Of a stretch of DNA of 64,000 nucleotides, positions 9,912 through 20,511 are shown one piece after another (positions within the stretch are counted from its first letter, which is position 1; every line of letters begins with the position of its first letter). Under the pieces are notes generated by a model. It saw only the letters and a list, made by a program, of their open reading frames with translations, was not told the origin of the DNA and ran no database searches. A program made the translations under genes and the position numbers. Origin of the DNA: a virus. The stretch lies in the IMG/VR virus record IMGVR_UViG_3300024255_000002; one strand, 5' to 3'.

Positions 9912-10885
9912 TATGTCAGAATATACAGAAATAAAAGGAACAAATATAGAAGTAGTAACATCCGATCCTAGTAATCCACTGGATGGACAAATTTGGTTTA
10001 ATTCTACTTCAAATAAAATTAAACTTAGTAAACTTACTGCAACAGGATCGTGGGCAACTGGTGCGGCTTTAGGAACAACTAGAAATAGGTCTGCTGGTGC
10101 TGGAACTCAAACAGCAGCATTATGCATGGGTGGAGATACAGGACCGCCTACTAAATCTGCATTAACAGAACATTATGATGGATCTTCATGGACTGCTGGT
10201 GGAAATTTATCAACAGGAAGAAATCAAACTAGAGGATGTGGAGTTCAGACAGCTGCTCTACTTGTTGCTGGTTGGAGTCCTCCCTCTACAAACGCTGTAG
10301 AGGAATATAATGGTTCATCATGGACTGCTGGAGGTGATTATCCAGGATCCTATAGAAACGTAGGTATGACTGGAACTCAAACAGCAGCATTAGGTTTTGG
10401 TGGTAGAGGATGGGTTAATACTACATTTGAATATAACGGTACATCATGGGCTGCCGGAGGTAATTATCCAGCACCAGCAGATAGACTTGGAAGTGCAGGA
10501 ACTCAAACAGCTGGATTAGGTTGGGGTGGATGGAGTCCATCATTACCTGGGAGATATGATACTAGTAATCACTATGATGGTTCTTCATGGACGTCAGGTG
10601 GTGCTTTAGTAGCTGGTTTTCACGCTATGGGTTCCGCAGGAACGCAAACATCTGCTTTATCAGCAGGAGGTTCCCATGCTGACAGTAACAATAGTAATAC
10701 TTATGTATATGATGGTTCTACTTGGACATCTGACACAAGTTTGCCGAAGGACTTTACTGATGGACAAGGTGCTCAAAATTCATCTTCAGCTGCAGCTTTA
10801 GTTTTTGGTGGAATCAGTCCTGGGGGTCTCACTGCTGAATTTACTGGTGCAGGTTCTGTTGTTGAAACTATAACATCAAGTTAAT
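9877..10885 (+). repeat. 36-bp identical direct repeat at 3' ends of the two Kelch genes (9877-9912, 10850-10885)
   Basis: caggttctgttgttgaaactataacatcaagttaat at both positions. Confidence 0.9.
9913..10884 (+). CDS. Kelch-like beta-propeller protein, tandem paralogue
   Basis: Same repeats and N-terminus; identical C-terminus GSVVETITSS. Confidence 0.75.
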   Translation: MSEYTEIKGTNIEVVTSDPSNPLDGQIWFNSTSNKIKLSKLTATGSWATGAALGTTRNRSAGAGTQTAALCMGGDTGPPTKSALTEHYDGSSWTAGGNLSTGRNQTRGCGVQTAALLVAGWSPPSTNAVEEYNGSSWTAGGDYPGSYRNVGMTGTQTAALGFGGRGWVNTTFEYNGTSWAAGGNYPAPADRLGSAGTQTAGLGWGGWSPSLPGRYDTSNHYDGSSWTSGGALVAGFHAMGSAGTQTSALSAGGSHADSNNSNTYVYDGSTWTSDTSLPKDFTDGQGAQNSSSAAALVFGGISPGGLTAEFTGAGSVVETITSS

Positions 10886-10892
10886 TATTTTA

Positions 10893-10900
10893 TATAAATA
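10893..10900 (+). promoter_or_regulatory. late promoter TATAAATA heading the sulfotransferase/oxygenase cluster
   Basis: Exact consensus in intergenic DNA. Confidence 0.75.
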
Positions 10901-10942
10901 ATACTATATCATGGCATATAATATGCTTTATAACATAAGGAA

Positions 10943-11701
10943 ATGAAAATGAGTAATGAAAATAAAAAGCGAGATATAGTTGCCGCCTCAGAAGCAAACG
11001 TTAATCACTTATCAAATATATTAGACACAAACGATTTTAAATCTATTATGGATTTAAAAGACGAGTTAAAAGATACTTGGCATAAAAAACAAGTTTTTAG
11101 AACAGAAACAGAAATGAGAATGTCTGTTTTACAAGACGCAAAATATCCAACCAAAGCCGCAAAGTATTGGCAATGTGTAAGAGAACAAAATGTGTTCTTT
11201 GAAAATTTAATGTCTCTTTCATTTGAATATAGAAAAAATGAAGTTGAAATTAAAAAACTTAAAAAGAAAATTACACAAGAAACTGATTTATTAGAAAAAG
11301 AATTATTAGAGATTGAGTTAGAAGAAAAACTATACGGTAGAGCAAATACAGAATTAGTTGCTAAAGATCGTATGAGAGAAATAAATCAATGGTCTCAATT
11401 AAAAAAAGAATATGACGATGGTTCTTTTGACACAAAAAATGTAAATACACATCAAGCTGAATCATATAAAATGATGTTGACTAACAAAGTTAAAACGTTA
11501 ACTCCAGGATCGTCTCAACCTGAGGTATTTAATGCTGTCGGACAATTACAAACATTAGAACGACTTGAAAAAGAAGGTGTACTGTTGCCTTATAGCAATG
11601 AAGGTAAATCTAAATTAGGATACAATCCAAATCCTCAAAAAAGTGAAGATTTACATCTGTCTCTGTCTAGTAATATATCGACAAAATCTACTGATAAATA
11701 A
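10943..11701 (+). CDS. conserved hypothetical coiled-coil protein
   Basis: 252-aa ORF; 'FRTETEMR...KYWQCVREQ'. Confidence 0.7.
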   Translation: MKMSNENKKRDIVAASEANVNHLSNILDTNDFKSIMDLKDELKDTWHKKQVFRTETEMRMSVLQDAKYPTKAAKYWQCVREQNVFFENLMSLSFEYRKNEVEIKKLKKKITQETDLLEKELLEIELEEKLYGRANTELVAKDRMREINQWSQLKKEYDDGSFDTKNVNTHQAESYKMMLTNKVKTLTPGSSQPEVFNAVGQLQTLERLEKEGVLLPYSNEGKSKLGYNPNPQKSEDLHLSLSSNISTKSTDK

Positions 11702-11726
11702 TTAAATAAATTTATTATTTAATATT

Positions 11727-12521
11727 ATGAAGATATATGATTTTAATAAGGAGCTTTTTTTTCTGGTAGGATTGCCACGTTCAGGCAATACATTCTTTAG
11801 TTCGTTGATGAATCAAAATCCAGATATAGGAGTTACTGCAAACTCTATTTGTTTAGAAATATATAAAGATGTTTTTTTATTAAAAGAAACAGATATATTT
11901 TGTAACTATCCAGATCATAAATCTTTAGATAATGTTTTACGAAACATTTATAAAAATTATTACGAACATTGGCCTCAAAAGTACATTATTGAAAGAGGAC
12001 CTGCATTTACAACTGGCAATCAAATGGTGATTGAAAAATATCTAAATCAACCTGTTAAATGTATTATATTATGGAGAGATTTAATGGATGTAATTGCTTC
12101 ATATATCAAATGGTTTGAAAATGAACCAACTGCATTTATTAATAGGGTTGGTTTAAAAACAGTAGAAGAAAAAATAATGCATTTAATGAGTAAAGATGGT
12201 ATGGTTGCAAAATCATTAGATTGCATACAAAATGCATTGACACCAAAAAATAGATCAAAATTTCATATAGTAAAATATAATGATTTAGTAAGTAATCCTG
12301 AAAAAGAGATTACAAAAGTTTATTCATTTTTAAATATACCATCTTTCAATCATAACTATAATCATATAGAACAATATAGTTTAAATGGTATGAGTTACAA
12401 TGATAATATTCTTGGAAACAATTTACATACAATAAAATCTCAAATTAAATTAGAAGAAAACCCTTATAAAAAAATGATACCTGATAGTATTATAAAAAAA
12501 TATGGTCATATAAAATTATGA
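11727..12521 (+). CDS. sulfotransferase (Sulfotransfer_3-like)
   Basis: PAPS-binding loop 'GLPRSGNT', 'RD..DVIASY', 'VKYNDLVSNP'. Confidence 0.8.
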   Translation: MKIYDFNKELFFLVGLPRSGNTFFSSLMNQNPDIGVTANSICLEIYKDVFLLKETDIFCNYPDHKSLDNVLRNIYKNYYEHWPQKYIIERGPAFTTGNQMVIEKYLNQPVKCIILWRDLMDVIASYIKWFENEPTAFINRVGLKTVEEKIMHLMSKDGMVAKSLDCIQNALTPKNRSKFHIVKYNDLVSNPEKEITKVYSFLNIPSFNHNYNHIEQYSLNGMSYNDNILGNNLHTIKSQIKLEENPYKKMIPDSIIKKYGHIKL

Positions 12522-13171
12522 AATTTGAAGTAAAACATTTTGGACAAACTTTAATAAAATATCAAGTACCTTACGATATTTTTTTAACAATAAATCGTAT
12601 ATATGAAGCTCGATATGATAAACTTATACCCGCTAATAAAGGATTAGCAGGAAAAATACAAAATGAGCACTCTCTTTATTATAATGGAGAAAGTATCAAA
12701 ATAGCAGAAAGACATAATTTTTTACCACAAGATATATTAAAGTGGTTTAATTCTATATTTAAACATTATTTAATATATAATAAAATAAGTAATTTTAAAC
12801 ATAGAACAAATTCCATATGGATAAATGAAATGAAACAAAACGAATATAATCCTTTACATACACATAATGGTAGTTTATTTACAGGATTGTCAAGTGTGAT
12901 GATACTAAAATTGCCTAATACTTACGGAAAAGAATATTCAGCAGAACAAAATCCTACAAACGGTAGATTACAAATAATTTCATCTGAAAATGGTCAATTT
13001 GGCAGATCAAATTATCAACCACCTATGAATCTTGGAGATTTTTATGTATTTCCTTATGATATGAAACATTGTGTATATCCTTTTAATGGTACAAATGAAA
13101 CAAGAAGAACATTAGCAGCTAACTGTGATGTAGATTATAATCCTGTAATAAATAGAGGAATAAATGAATAG
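12518..13171 (+). CDS. putative 2OG-Fe(II) oxygenase (TIGR02466-like)
   Basis: 'WINEM...YNPLHTH', 'FP..MKHCVYPF...RRT'. Confidence 0.75.
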   Translation: MKFEVKHFGQTLIKYQVPYDIFLTINRIYEARYDKLIPANKGLAGKIQNEHSLYYNGESIKIAERHNFLPQDILKWFNSIFKHYLIYNKISNFKHRTNSIWINEMKQNEYNPLHTHNGSLFTGLSSVMILKLPNTYGKEYSAEQNPTNGRLQIISSENGQFGRSNYQPPMNLGDFYVFPYDMKHCVYPFNGTNETRRTLAANCDVDYNPVINRGINE

Positions 13172-13769
13172 AAATCCTAGACTAATAACTGAACCAAGAT
13201 GGAAGTCTCATGTTGTAGAAACAAAAACTCCCATTTTTACTCCTGAACAATGTCAAACTATTATAGACATGGGTCGAACTTTACCTAGAATCTCAGCAAA
13301 AGTAGGTGCAAATGAAGGAAAGTTGGGTGATGGTAAAGAAGATAATAAAATCAGAATAAGTCATATATCTTGGATACCTTTTGAAAAATTAAAACCTATG
13401 TATGATGTACTAGAGCAAATGATTCAAAAAGTCAATGGAAACCATTTTGGGTTTGAAGGTATGCAACTAACAGAACTTGCTCAATACACAGAATATTCTG
13501 AAGGTCAATTTTATGATTGGCACATGGACAGTTCTATAGAAATGTCAAAAGAACCAACAGTAAGAAAAATATCTATGACGTGTTTATTGTCACCAGAAAA
13601 TGAATTTGAAGGTGGTGATTTAGAATTAGTTGCGCCTGGTAAAAAAGCAAAATTGACTCAAGGAAATGCTATGTTTTTTGCTTCATTTATAAATCACAGA
13701 GTTACACCTGTTACAAGAGGTAATAGAAAATCTTTAGTAGTTTGGTTTGGGGGACCACCTTTAAAATAA
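13164..13769 (+). CDS. 2OG-Fe(II) oxygenase (prolyl-hydroxylase/PKHD-like)
   Basis: 'YDWHMD...RKIS...FEGGDL...HRVTPVTRG.RKSLVVW'. Confidence 0.85.
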   Translation: MNRNPRLITEPRWKSHVVETKTPIFTPEQCQTIIDMGRTLPRISAKVGANEGKLGDGKEDNKIRISHISWIPFEKLKPMYDVLEQMIQKVNGNHFGFEGMQLTELAQYTEYSEGQFYDWHMDSSIEMSKEPTVRKISMTCLLSPENEFEGGDLELVAPGKKAKLTQGNAMFFASFINHRVTPVTRGNRKSLVVWFGGPPLK

Positions 13770-13770
13770 T

Positions 13771-14358
13771 ATGTTAATTAAAGAACAAGTTTTCCCTACA
13801 ACTATATATGGCAAAGATTTGCATTTAGACAATGAGATTTTAGCAAGTCATATTATTGAATGGTCTAAAAATGACAAAGGACTCAATAAAACAAATGTTA
13901 ATGGTTGGCATTCTACAACAGATATGCATAAAAAACCAGAATATAAATTATTGATAGACGAACTTTATAAAATGCAACATGAAATATTTAATGAAGAATT
14001 ATTAGATAGTGAACCATTTTTAGGTAATATGTGGGCAAATATAAACTATGAAGGTGGATTTAATATGCCTCATGTTCATGCTAACAGTTTGTTTAGTGGT
14101 GTATATTATGTAAAATCTAATCCCAATTCAGGTAGACTAATTTGTGACGATCCTAGACCAGGAATACAACACGTTTTGCCGATTAGAAAACAAAGTAATT
14201 TGCCGAAGCATTTATGTCGATCTATTGAAATAGAACCAATACCTGGAAGACTTATAATGTTTCCTGCTTGGTTATGGCATCATGTATCTGCTAATTTATC
14301 TAAAGATATTAGAATAAGTATAAGTTTTAATTTTCTACAAAAAGGATTAATGATATGA
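13771..14358 (+). CDS. 2OG-Fe(II) oxygenase (TIGR02466-like)
   Basis: 'WANIN...N.PHVH...SGVYY...DPR...FPAWLWHHV...RISISFN'. Confidence 0.85.
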   Translation: MLIKEQVFPTTIYGKDLHLDNEILASHIIEWSKNDKGLNKTNVNGWHSTTDMHKKPEYKLLIDELYKMQHEIFNEELLDSEPFLGNMWANINYEGGFNMPHVHANSLFSGVYYVKSNPNSGRLICDDPRPGIQHVLPIRKQSNLPKHLCRSIEIEPIPGRLIMFPAWLWHHVSANLSKDIRISISFNFLQKGLMI

Positions 14359-14948
14359 AACAAGAATTTAAACAAAAAAAATATCAAGTAATTAAAAACG
14401 CAATTTCATATGATTTAGCAAACTTTATATTTAATTATCAATTATTAAGACGAGATGCTGTTGATTATATGTATAAAAATAATATTACAGCAGATAATGG
14501 TCATTATGGAACTTGGAGTGATCAACAAGTTCCAAACGTATATTCAGAATATGGCGATCATGTAATGGAAACTTTACTTATGAAAGTTTTACCTATAATG
14601 AAAGAAGAAACAGGATTAGATTTAGTACCAACATATTCTTATACAAGAGTTTATGAAAAAGGTTCTATTTTAAAAAAACATAAAGATAGACCTAGTTGTG
14701 AAATATCAACAACATTACATCTAGGTGGTGATCCGTGGTCAATCTTTATAGATAATACTGAAATAACTCTAGGTATAGGTGATATGTTAGTTTATAGTGG
14801 TTGTGATTTAGAACATTGGAGAGAGAAATTTGAAGGAAACATTTGTGGACAAGTGTTTCTACATTATAATCATGTAAACGGACCATTTGCTGATAAGAAC
14901 ATATTTGATGGAAGACCTGTGTTAGGATTGCCCAAAGTTTTCTTATAA
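14355..14948 (+). CDS. 2OG-Fe(II) oxygenase-like protein
   Basis: 'PTYSY.RVY..G..L.KHKDRPSCEIS...EHWRE...QVFLHY'. Confidence 0.75.
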   Translation: MKQEFKQKKYQVIKNAISYDLANFIFNYQLLRRDAVDYMYKNNITADNGHYGTWSDQQVPNVYSEYGDHVMETLLMKVLPIMKEETGLDLVPTYSYTRVYEKGSILKKHKDRPSCEISTTLHLGGDPWSIFIDNTEITLGIGDMLVYSGCDLEHWREKFEGNICGQVFLHYNHVNGPFADKNIFDGRPVLGLPKVFL

Positions 14949-14974
14949 ATAGTATATAAAAAAGGAGAATAGAA

Positions 14975-15199
14975 ATGGCAACTATAGATAAATTAAACAA
15001 AGTTATTTCAACAACAACTAAAGTTTCTGAATCAAGTAAATCTGATTCTGTTAAGAAACAGAGATTTTTAAGAAAAAAGGAAAGACTTAATAGAATTAAA
15101 TCAAATGATACTAAGTTTTCTTCTTTAAGTGCTGAAGAACAAACACGTTTAAATACACACATTACTACATTAGATACTAAAATAGCAGAATTATCGTAA
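14975..15199 (+). CDS. small basic hypothetical protein (late)
   Basis: Own TATAAATA at 14944-14951; SD aaggag. Confidence 0.65.
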   Translation: MATIDKLNKVISTTTKVSESSKSDSVKKQRFLRKKERLNRIKSNDTKFSSLSAEEQTRLNTHITTLDTKIAELS

Positions 15200-15216
15200 G
15201 TATAAATTATTATATT

Positions 15217-15849
15217 ATGATTATAAGTCACTCAAAGAAGTTTATATTTTTAAGATGCCGTAAGACTGCCAGTGCTTCGGTTCAGCAATACTTTGCTGAT
15301 CATATTGATCCTGAAATAGATTTTGCTGGTCAAATGACAAGTTTAAATTTTCCAGGTATCAACGATAATAGAATAGCAAAAAATCCACATGTTGCATTAA
15401 CAACAGCATTAAGAAAAAGCAAAGAATATAATCTAATGCAAGATAAGTTAAAAGATTATTTTGTATTTTGTTTTGAAAGAAATCCATATAGAAAATGTAT
15501 ATCGCATTATTTGTATCATCATCAATATACTGAAATAGAACAACACAAATGGTTCAAAGACATGTCATTTCAAAGATATGTTTTTCATCCATCTAAACCC
15601 ACTGATAGACACATGTACACACTAGGTGCAAAAATATTAGCAAATCATGTTGCAAAATTTGAAAATATGGACCAAGAGATGGAGTTTATCTGTAAGAAAA
15701 TAGGTATACCATACACAGGATTGCCCCATTTACATAAGGGAAAATCAGATATTGTATTAGATGATTGGTATACACAAAAAGAAATGAAAGAAAGAATACA
15801 AAAGTTGTTTAAATGGGAACTTCAAACATTTAACTACAAATACGAATAA
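15217..15849 (+). CDS. sulfotransferase family 2 protein
   Basis: 'MIISH..KFIF....KTAS.S', 'F.FERNPY.K.IS.Y', 'KFEN'. Confidence 0.75.
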   Translation: MIISHSKKFIFLRCRKTASASVQQYFADHIDPEIDFAGQMTSLNFPGINDNRIAKNPHVALTTALRKSKEYNLMQDKLKDYFVFCFERNPYRKCISHYLYHHQYTEIEQHKWFKDMSFQRYVFHPSKPTDRHMYTLGAKILANHVAKFENMDQEMEFICKKIGIPYTGLPHLHKGKSDIVLDDWYTQKEMKERIQKLFKWELQTFNYKYE

Positions 15850-15891
15850 TATAGATATTTTGTCATATAAATAGTATAAAAAGGACATTTT

Positions 15892-16707
15892 ATGGCAGAA
15901 CCAGCAAGTAGAGAACAACTAAAACAGTATGCTTTAAGAACACTAGGTAAGCCTGTTATTGAGATAAATGTTGACGATGACCAACTAGAAGATAGATTGG
16001 ATGAGGCATTACAATATTTTGCTCAGTATCATTACGATGGTGTTGAAAGAGTATATCTTAAATATCAAGTAACACAAGCAGACAAAGACAGAATTTTATC
16101 ACCAAATGGTGACTCGACTATTACTGCAACTAAAGGATCAGTAACTTCAACATATAAACAGGCAAACAACTATATTATAGTTCCTGAAACAGTATTAGCT
16201 GTAACTAGATTATTCCCTCTATCAAGTAGAGGAAATCAAAATATGTTCGATGTTAGATATCAATTAAGATTAAATGACTTATATGATTTTTCTTCAACAT
16301 CTATTATTCATTACGATATGGTAATGAAACATTTAGATATGTTAGATCATATGTTAGTGGGTGAAAAACCAATTGACTTTAATATGCACAACAATAGATT
16401 GTACATTGCAATGGATTGGAAAACCGATATTCAAGTAGGCGAATATCTTGTTATCGAGTGTTATAGAAGATTAGACCCCTCTGAAAATACAGATGTGTTT
16501 AACGATATGTATTTAAAGAGATATGTAACATCTTTATTTAAAAGACAATGGGGAACTAACTTGTCTAAATTTGGTGGAGTTCAAATGATAGGTGGTGTTA
16601 CACTTAACGGATTAGAAATCTATCAACAGGCAAACCAAGAGATACAAACACTTGAAGATCAAATAAGAGGCACATTCGAATCACCTGTAACATACATGGT
16701 GGGATAG
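15892..16707 (+). CDS. gp13: neck protein gp13
   Basis: 'Y.LR.LG.PVIEINV', 'QWG.NLSKF'; T4 gene order; late promoter at 15866. Confidence 0.92.
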   Translation: MAEPASREQLKQYALRTLGKPVIEINVDDDQLEDRLDEALQYFAQYHYDGVERVYLKYQVTQADKDRILSPNGDSTITATKGSVTSTYKQANNYIIVPETVLAVTRLFPLSSRGNQNMFDVRYQLRLNDLYDFSSTSIIHYDMVMKHLDMLDHMLVGEKPIDFNMHNNRLYIAMDWKTDIQVGEYLVIECYRRLDPSENTDVFNDMYLKRYVTSLFKRQWGTNLSKFGGVQMIGGVTLNGLEIYQQANQEIQTLEDQIRGTFESPVTYMVG

Positions 16708-16717
16708 GAGAAGATAA

Positions 16718-17518
16718 GTGAGCGTCAATCATTATTTCCAACATGGTATGGGAATCGGATCAGAATCCGAACAAAACTTACACGAAGATATAATCGTAGA
16801 GTCTTTAAAGATATTTGGCCACGATGTATATTATCTGCCTAGAAAACTAGTTAACCATGATTTAGTTTTAGGAGAAGACGTTTTAAGTCGTTTTGATCAT
16901 TCATACTTAGTTGAAATGTATATGGAAACAACTGAAGGTTTCCAAGGCGAACAGGAATTAATTAGTAAGTTTGGATTAGAAATAAGAGAAGATACAACGT
17001 TTGTTGTTGCAAAAAGAAGATGGCAATGGCAAGTTGATAATCCCGCAACACAGATAACTGAAGGAAGACCTAACGAAGGTGATTTAATATTCTTTCCTTT
17101 AATGAATTCATTTTTTGAAATACAGTTTGTTGAAGATCAACAACCGTTTTTTCAATTAGGAAATCTACCTATCTATAAATTAAGATGTACTAGATTTGAA
17201 TATTCTGGTGAAAGAATACGAACTGGTAATGCCGCTATGGATCAGGCAGAAACAAAATACTCACTAGATATTTTACAATGGAAAACTTTATTAGAAGACA
17301 ATTCAGGTGCATTAGTTTTAGAAACATCATCTGCTAGTGAAAGTCATCACATTATTAGTGATGAGTATCAGTATGAAGAACAAACAAGACAATATGCTGA
17401 CAATGAAACATTTGAGGCAGACGCTGGTTTTGGAACTGAAACTACAACAGATGATATAATAGACTTTAGCGAACTTAACCCATTTGGGGATCCTAAGGAT
17501 CCAGAAGGATTTTTATAA
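16718..17518 (+). CDS. gp14: neck protein gp14 (GTG start)
   Basis: 'YYLPR', 'SKFGLE', 'RPNEGDLI', 'PFFQLG', 'DFSE.NPFG'. Confidence 0.92.
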   Translation: MSVNHYFQHGMGIGSESEQNLHEDIIVESLKIFGHDVYYLPRKLVNHDLVLGEDVLSRFDHSYLVEMYMETTEGFQGEQELISKFGLEIREDTTFVVAKRRWQWQVDNPATQITEGRPNEGDLIFFPLMNSFFEIQFVEDQQPFFQLGNLPIYKLRCTRFEYSGERIRTGNAAMDQAETKYSLDILQWKTLLEDNSGALVLETSSASESHHIISDEYQYEEQTRQYADNETFEADAGFGTETTTDDIIDFSELNPFGDPKDPEGFL

Positions 17519-18321
17519 TGTTTAATAGTCCATATTTCTACCATGAAACACTAAGAAACACTGTTGTTGCTTTTGGAACAATATTTAATAATATTCATAT
17601 TCATAGAACAGATAGTGACAACAAGGTTATTCAAAAAATAAAAGTGCCATTATCATATGCACCTAAAGAAAAGTTTTTAACAAGATTAGAACAACAACCT
17701 AATTTAGAAGATAGAGAGTTTGCTGTAACATTGCCTAGAATGGGATTTGAGATTACAGGTATTAACTATGACTCAGCTAGAAAGTTAAATAAATTATCTT
17801 CAATAAGAACACCAGGTTCAACAAATTCTACAGTAAATGTTGTTTATAATCCTGTACCATATAATATAAGTTTTAATCTTTATGCCTTTACAGCAACTGC
17901 TGAAGGTGGTTTACAAATTGTTGAACAGATTATGCCGTACTTTGCACCTGATTATACTATTACAGTTAATCTAATTAGAAGTATGAATATTAAAAGAGAT
18001 GTACCTATTGTATTAAACAATGTAACTTATGATGATACCTACGATGGTTCATACACACAAAGAAGAGCAATCAACTGGACAATGTCATTTACTGCTAAGA
18101 CATATCTATTTGGTCCTGTAAATGAAGGTGGTAAAGTTATCAAAAAAACTATTGTCGATTTATATACAGACACAGATACATCAAGCACTAGAGAGGAAAG
18201 AATTATTACTGTTCCTAATCCTACATCGGCAAATGCTGATGATGATTTTGGATTTACAACAACTATACAAAACTTTAGTGACAGTAAGAATTTTGATCCT
18301 GGCGACGGCACAGATAAATAA
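17518..18321 (+). CDS. gp15: tail sheath stabiliser/terminator gp15
   Basis: 'FGT.FNNI', 'VPL.Y.PKEKF', 'LPRM.FE', 'QIVEQI.PYF.P'. Confidence 0.92.
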   Translation: MFNSPYFYHETLRNTVVAFGTIFNNIHIHRTDSDNKVIQKIKVPLSYAPKEKFLTRLEQQPNLEDREFAVTLPRMGFEITGINYDSARKLNKLSSIRTPGSTNSTVNVVYNPVPYNISFNLYAFTATAEGGLQIVEQIMPYFAPDYTITVNLIRSMNIKRDVPIVLNNVTYDDTYDGSYTQRRAINWTMSFTAKTYLFGPVNEGGKVIKKTIVDLYTDTDTSSTREERIITVPNPTSANADDDFGFTTTIQNFSDSKNFDPGDGTDK

Positions 18322-18335
18322 ATTAAGGAAATATT

Positions 18336-18812
18336 ATGAGTATAGATGAAAAAATAAATGAAGCACTTGGTATCTCTAACGATAAACCAGTTACAAAGGC
18401 TGTAGTTAAACAAGAATACACTCCGCCAGTTCCTAGAGTTGAAGATAAGGAAAAAGATGATGTTGATAATGACTACAAATATAGTAGAGAAAACTATTAC
18501 AATCTTATAGAACGAGGCCAAGACGCAATACAAGGCATACTTGATATTGCAAATCAAAGTCAACATCCTAGAGCATATGAAGTTGCAGGAAATTTAATTA
18601 AACAAGTTGCAGATACAGTTGATAAGTTACAAGACTTACAAGGCAAACTAAAGAGTCTTAAAGAAGTTCCAAAGAACACAAATAATACAAATATTAAACA
18701 GGCACTTTTTGTAGGTTCTAGTTCGGAACTTCATAAGTTATTAAAGAATAAAAATAAAAATGTAACTGCTGATGAAGATAAAGATTTTACGGAAATAAAA
18801 GATGGCAACTAA
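18336..18812 (+). CDS. gp16: terminase small subunit gp16
   Basis: 'DY.YSR', 'HPRAYEV', 'FVGS..EL'. Confidence 0.9.
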   Translation: MSIDEKINEALGISNDKPVTKAVVKQEYTPPVPRVEDKEKDDVDNDYKYSRENYYNLIERGQDAIQGILDIANQSQHPRAYEVAGNLIKQVADTVDKLQDLQGKLKSLKEVPKNTNNTNIKQALFVGSSSELHKLLKNKNKNVTADEDKDFTEIKDGN

Positions 18813-20445
18813 TCAAAATCAATATTTAGGAAACCCAAATTTACATAAGGCAAATACTCCTATAGAGTACTCTGAACATGAAGTTAGAGAACTTGCAAAG
18901 TGTATGGAAGATCCTATATATTTTATTTCTAACTATATTCGTATTGTAAGTATTGATGAAGGTTTAGTTCCTTTTGAATTATACAAGTTCCAAGAAAGAA
19001 TGGTCGATACATTTCATAATAATAGATTTACAATATGTAAGTTACCTAGGCAGTCTGGTAAATCAACAACTATCATTGCATACTTATTACATCAAGTTAT
19101 CTTTAATGATAACTTTAATGTTGCCATACTTGCCAACAAAAGTTCAACTGCTAGAGACTTATTAGGAAGATTACAACTTGCATATGAAAACTTACCTAAG
19201 TTTCTTCAGCAAGGTGTATTAAACTGGAACAAAGGTTCTTTAGAATTAGAAAATAATTCAAAGATTATGGCCGCCTCAACTTCTTCAAGTGCAATTCGAG
19301 GTGGATCATTTAATATAATCTTCCTTGATGAGTTTGCGTTTATACCTGCCAATATAGCAGATCAGTTTTTTAGTTCAGTTTATCCTACAATATCATCTGG
19401 TAAAAAATCTAAAATGATGATTGTATCTACTCCTCATGGAATGAATATGTTTTATAAACTATGGAATGATGCTGTAAATAAAAACAATGATTATGTTCCT
19501 ATCGATGTTCATTGGTCAGAGGTTCCTGGTAGAGATGAAAAATGGAAAGAACAAACAATTAGAAATACAAGTGAGGCACAGTTTTCACAAGAGTTTGATT
19601 GTGAGTTTGTTGGATCAATTGATACATTATTAAATCCGTCTAAGTTAAGAACACTATCTCACAGTACACCGATTATATCAAGTGGTGGATTAGATATGTA
19701 TGAAAGACCACAAAAAGGTAAAGACTATGTTATAACTGTTGACGTTGCAAGAGGAACTATGAAAGACTATTCAGCGTTTGTAGTTATGGATGTTTCAAAA
19801 ATGCCATATAGAATGGTTGCAAAATTTAGAGACAACGAAATTAAACCTATTTTATTTCCTCACACAATTGAAAAAGTTGCAAGACAATATAACAAAGCAT
19901 ATGTTTGTGTTGAAGTGAACGATATAGGACATCAAGTGGCAGACGCATTACAATTTGAATTAGAGTATGACAACTTAATGATGTGTATGATGAAAGGCCG
20001 TGCAGGTCAAATACTAGGTGGTGGATTTTCTAAAAAAGGTTCTCAAATGGGTGTTAAGATGACAAAACAAGTAAAGAGAGTTGGATGCACAAACTTAAAA
20101 TCTTTGATTGAAGCAGACAAGTTACTTGTTAATGATTTTAACATTATTGAAGAACTTTCAACATTTATTAGAAAGGGTCATAGTTTTCAGGCTGAAGAAG
20201 GTAACACAGATGATTTAGTTATGTGTTTAGTTATATTTGCATGGATATCAAATCAAAGATATTTTAAAGAACTTACAAACCAAGACGTTAGAGCAAGAAT
20301 GTACGAAGAACAGGCAAACGCAATAGAACAAGATATGGCACCATTTGGATTTATGAATGACGGAATTAATGATATGGAATCAATAGTCGATGATCAAGGA
20401 GAAGTTTGGACTCCTGTTACTATACGAAAAGGTGATCTTCTCTAA
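18802..20445 (+). CDS. gp17: terminase large subunit gp17
   Basis: Walker A PRQSGKST; Walker B IIFLDEFAF; 'STPHG'; nuclease 'VDVARG' and 'DDLVM'. Confidence 0.97.
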   Translation: MATNQNQYLGNPNLHKANTPIEYSEHEVRELAKCMEDPIYFISNYIRIVSIDEGLVPFELYKFQERMVDTFHNNRFTICKLPRQSGKSTTIIAYLLHQVIFNDNFNVAILANKSSTARDLLGRLQLAYENLPKFLQQGVLNWNKGSLELENNSKIMAASTSSSAIRGGSFNIIFLDEFAFIPANIADQFFSSVYPTISSGKKSKMMIVSTPHGMNMFYKLWNDAVNKNNDYVPIDVHWSEVPGRDEKWKEQTIRNTSEAQFSQEFDCEFVGSIDTLLNPSKLRTLSHSTPIISSGGLDMYERPQKGKDYVITVDVARGTMKDYSAFVVMDVSKMPYRMVAKFRDNEIKPILFPHTIEKVARQYNKAYVCVEVNDIGHQVADALQFELEYDNLMMCMMKGRAGQILGGGFSKKGSQMGVKMTKQVKRVGCTNLKSLIEADKLLVNDFNIIEELSTFIRKGHSFQAEEGNTDDLVMCLVIFAWISNQRYFKELTNQDVRARMYEEQANAIEQDMAPFGFMNDGINDMESIVDDQGEVWTPVTIRKGDLL

Positions 20446-20511
20446 AATCTCATTTACATAAATAGAAGTGAGAATTAATGATACTTTATTAGCTAATAAG
20501 GAGAACAACAT

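Noticed and set aside
8991-10884. Diversity-generating retroelement TR/VR pair
   Set aside because: No reverse transcriptase in the window; both copies are coding, and differences are not confined to adenines.
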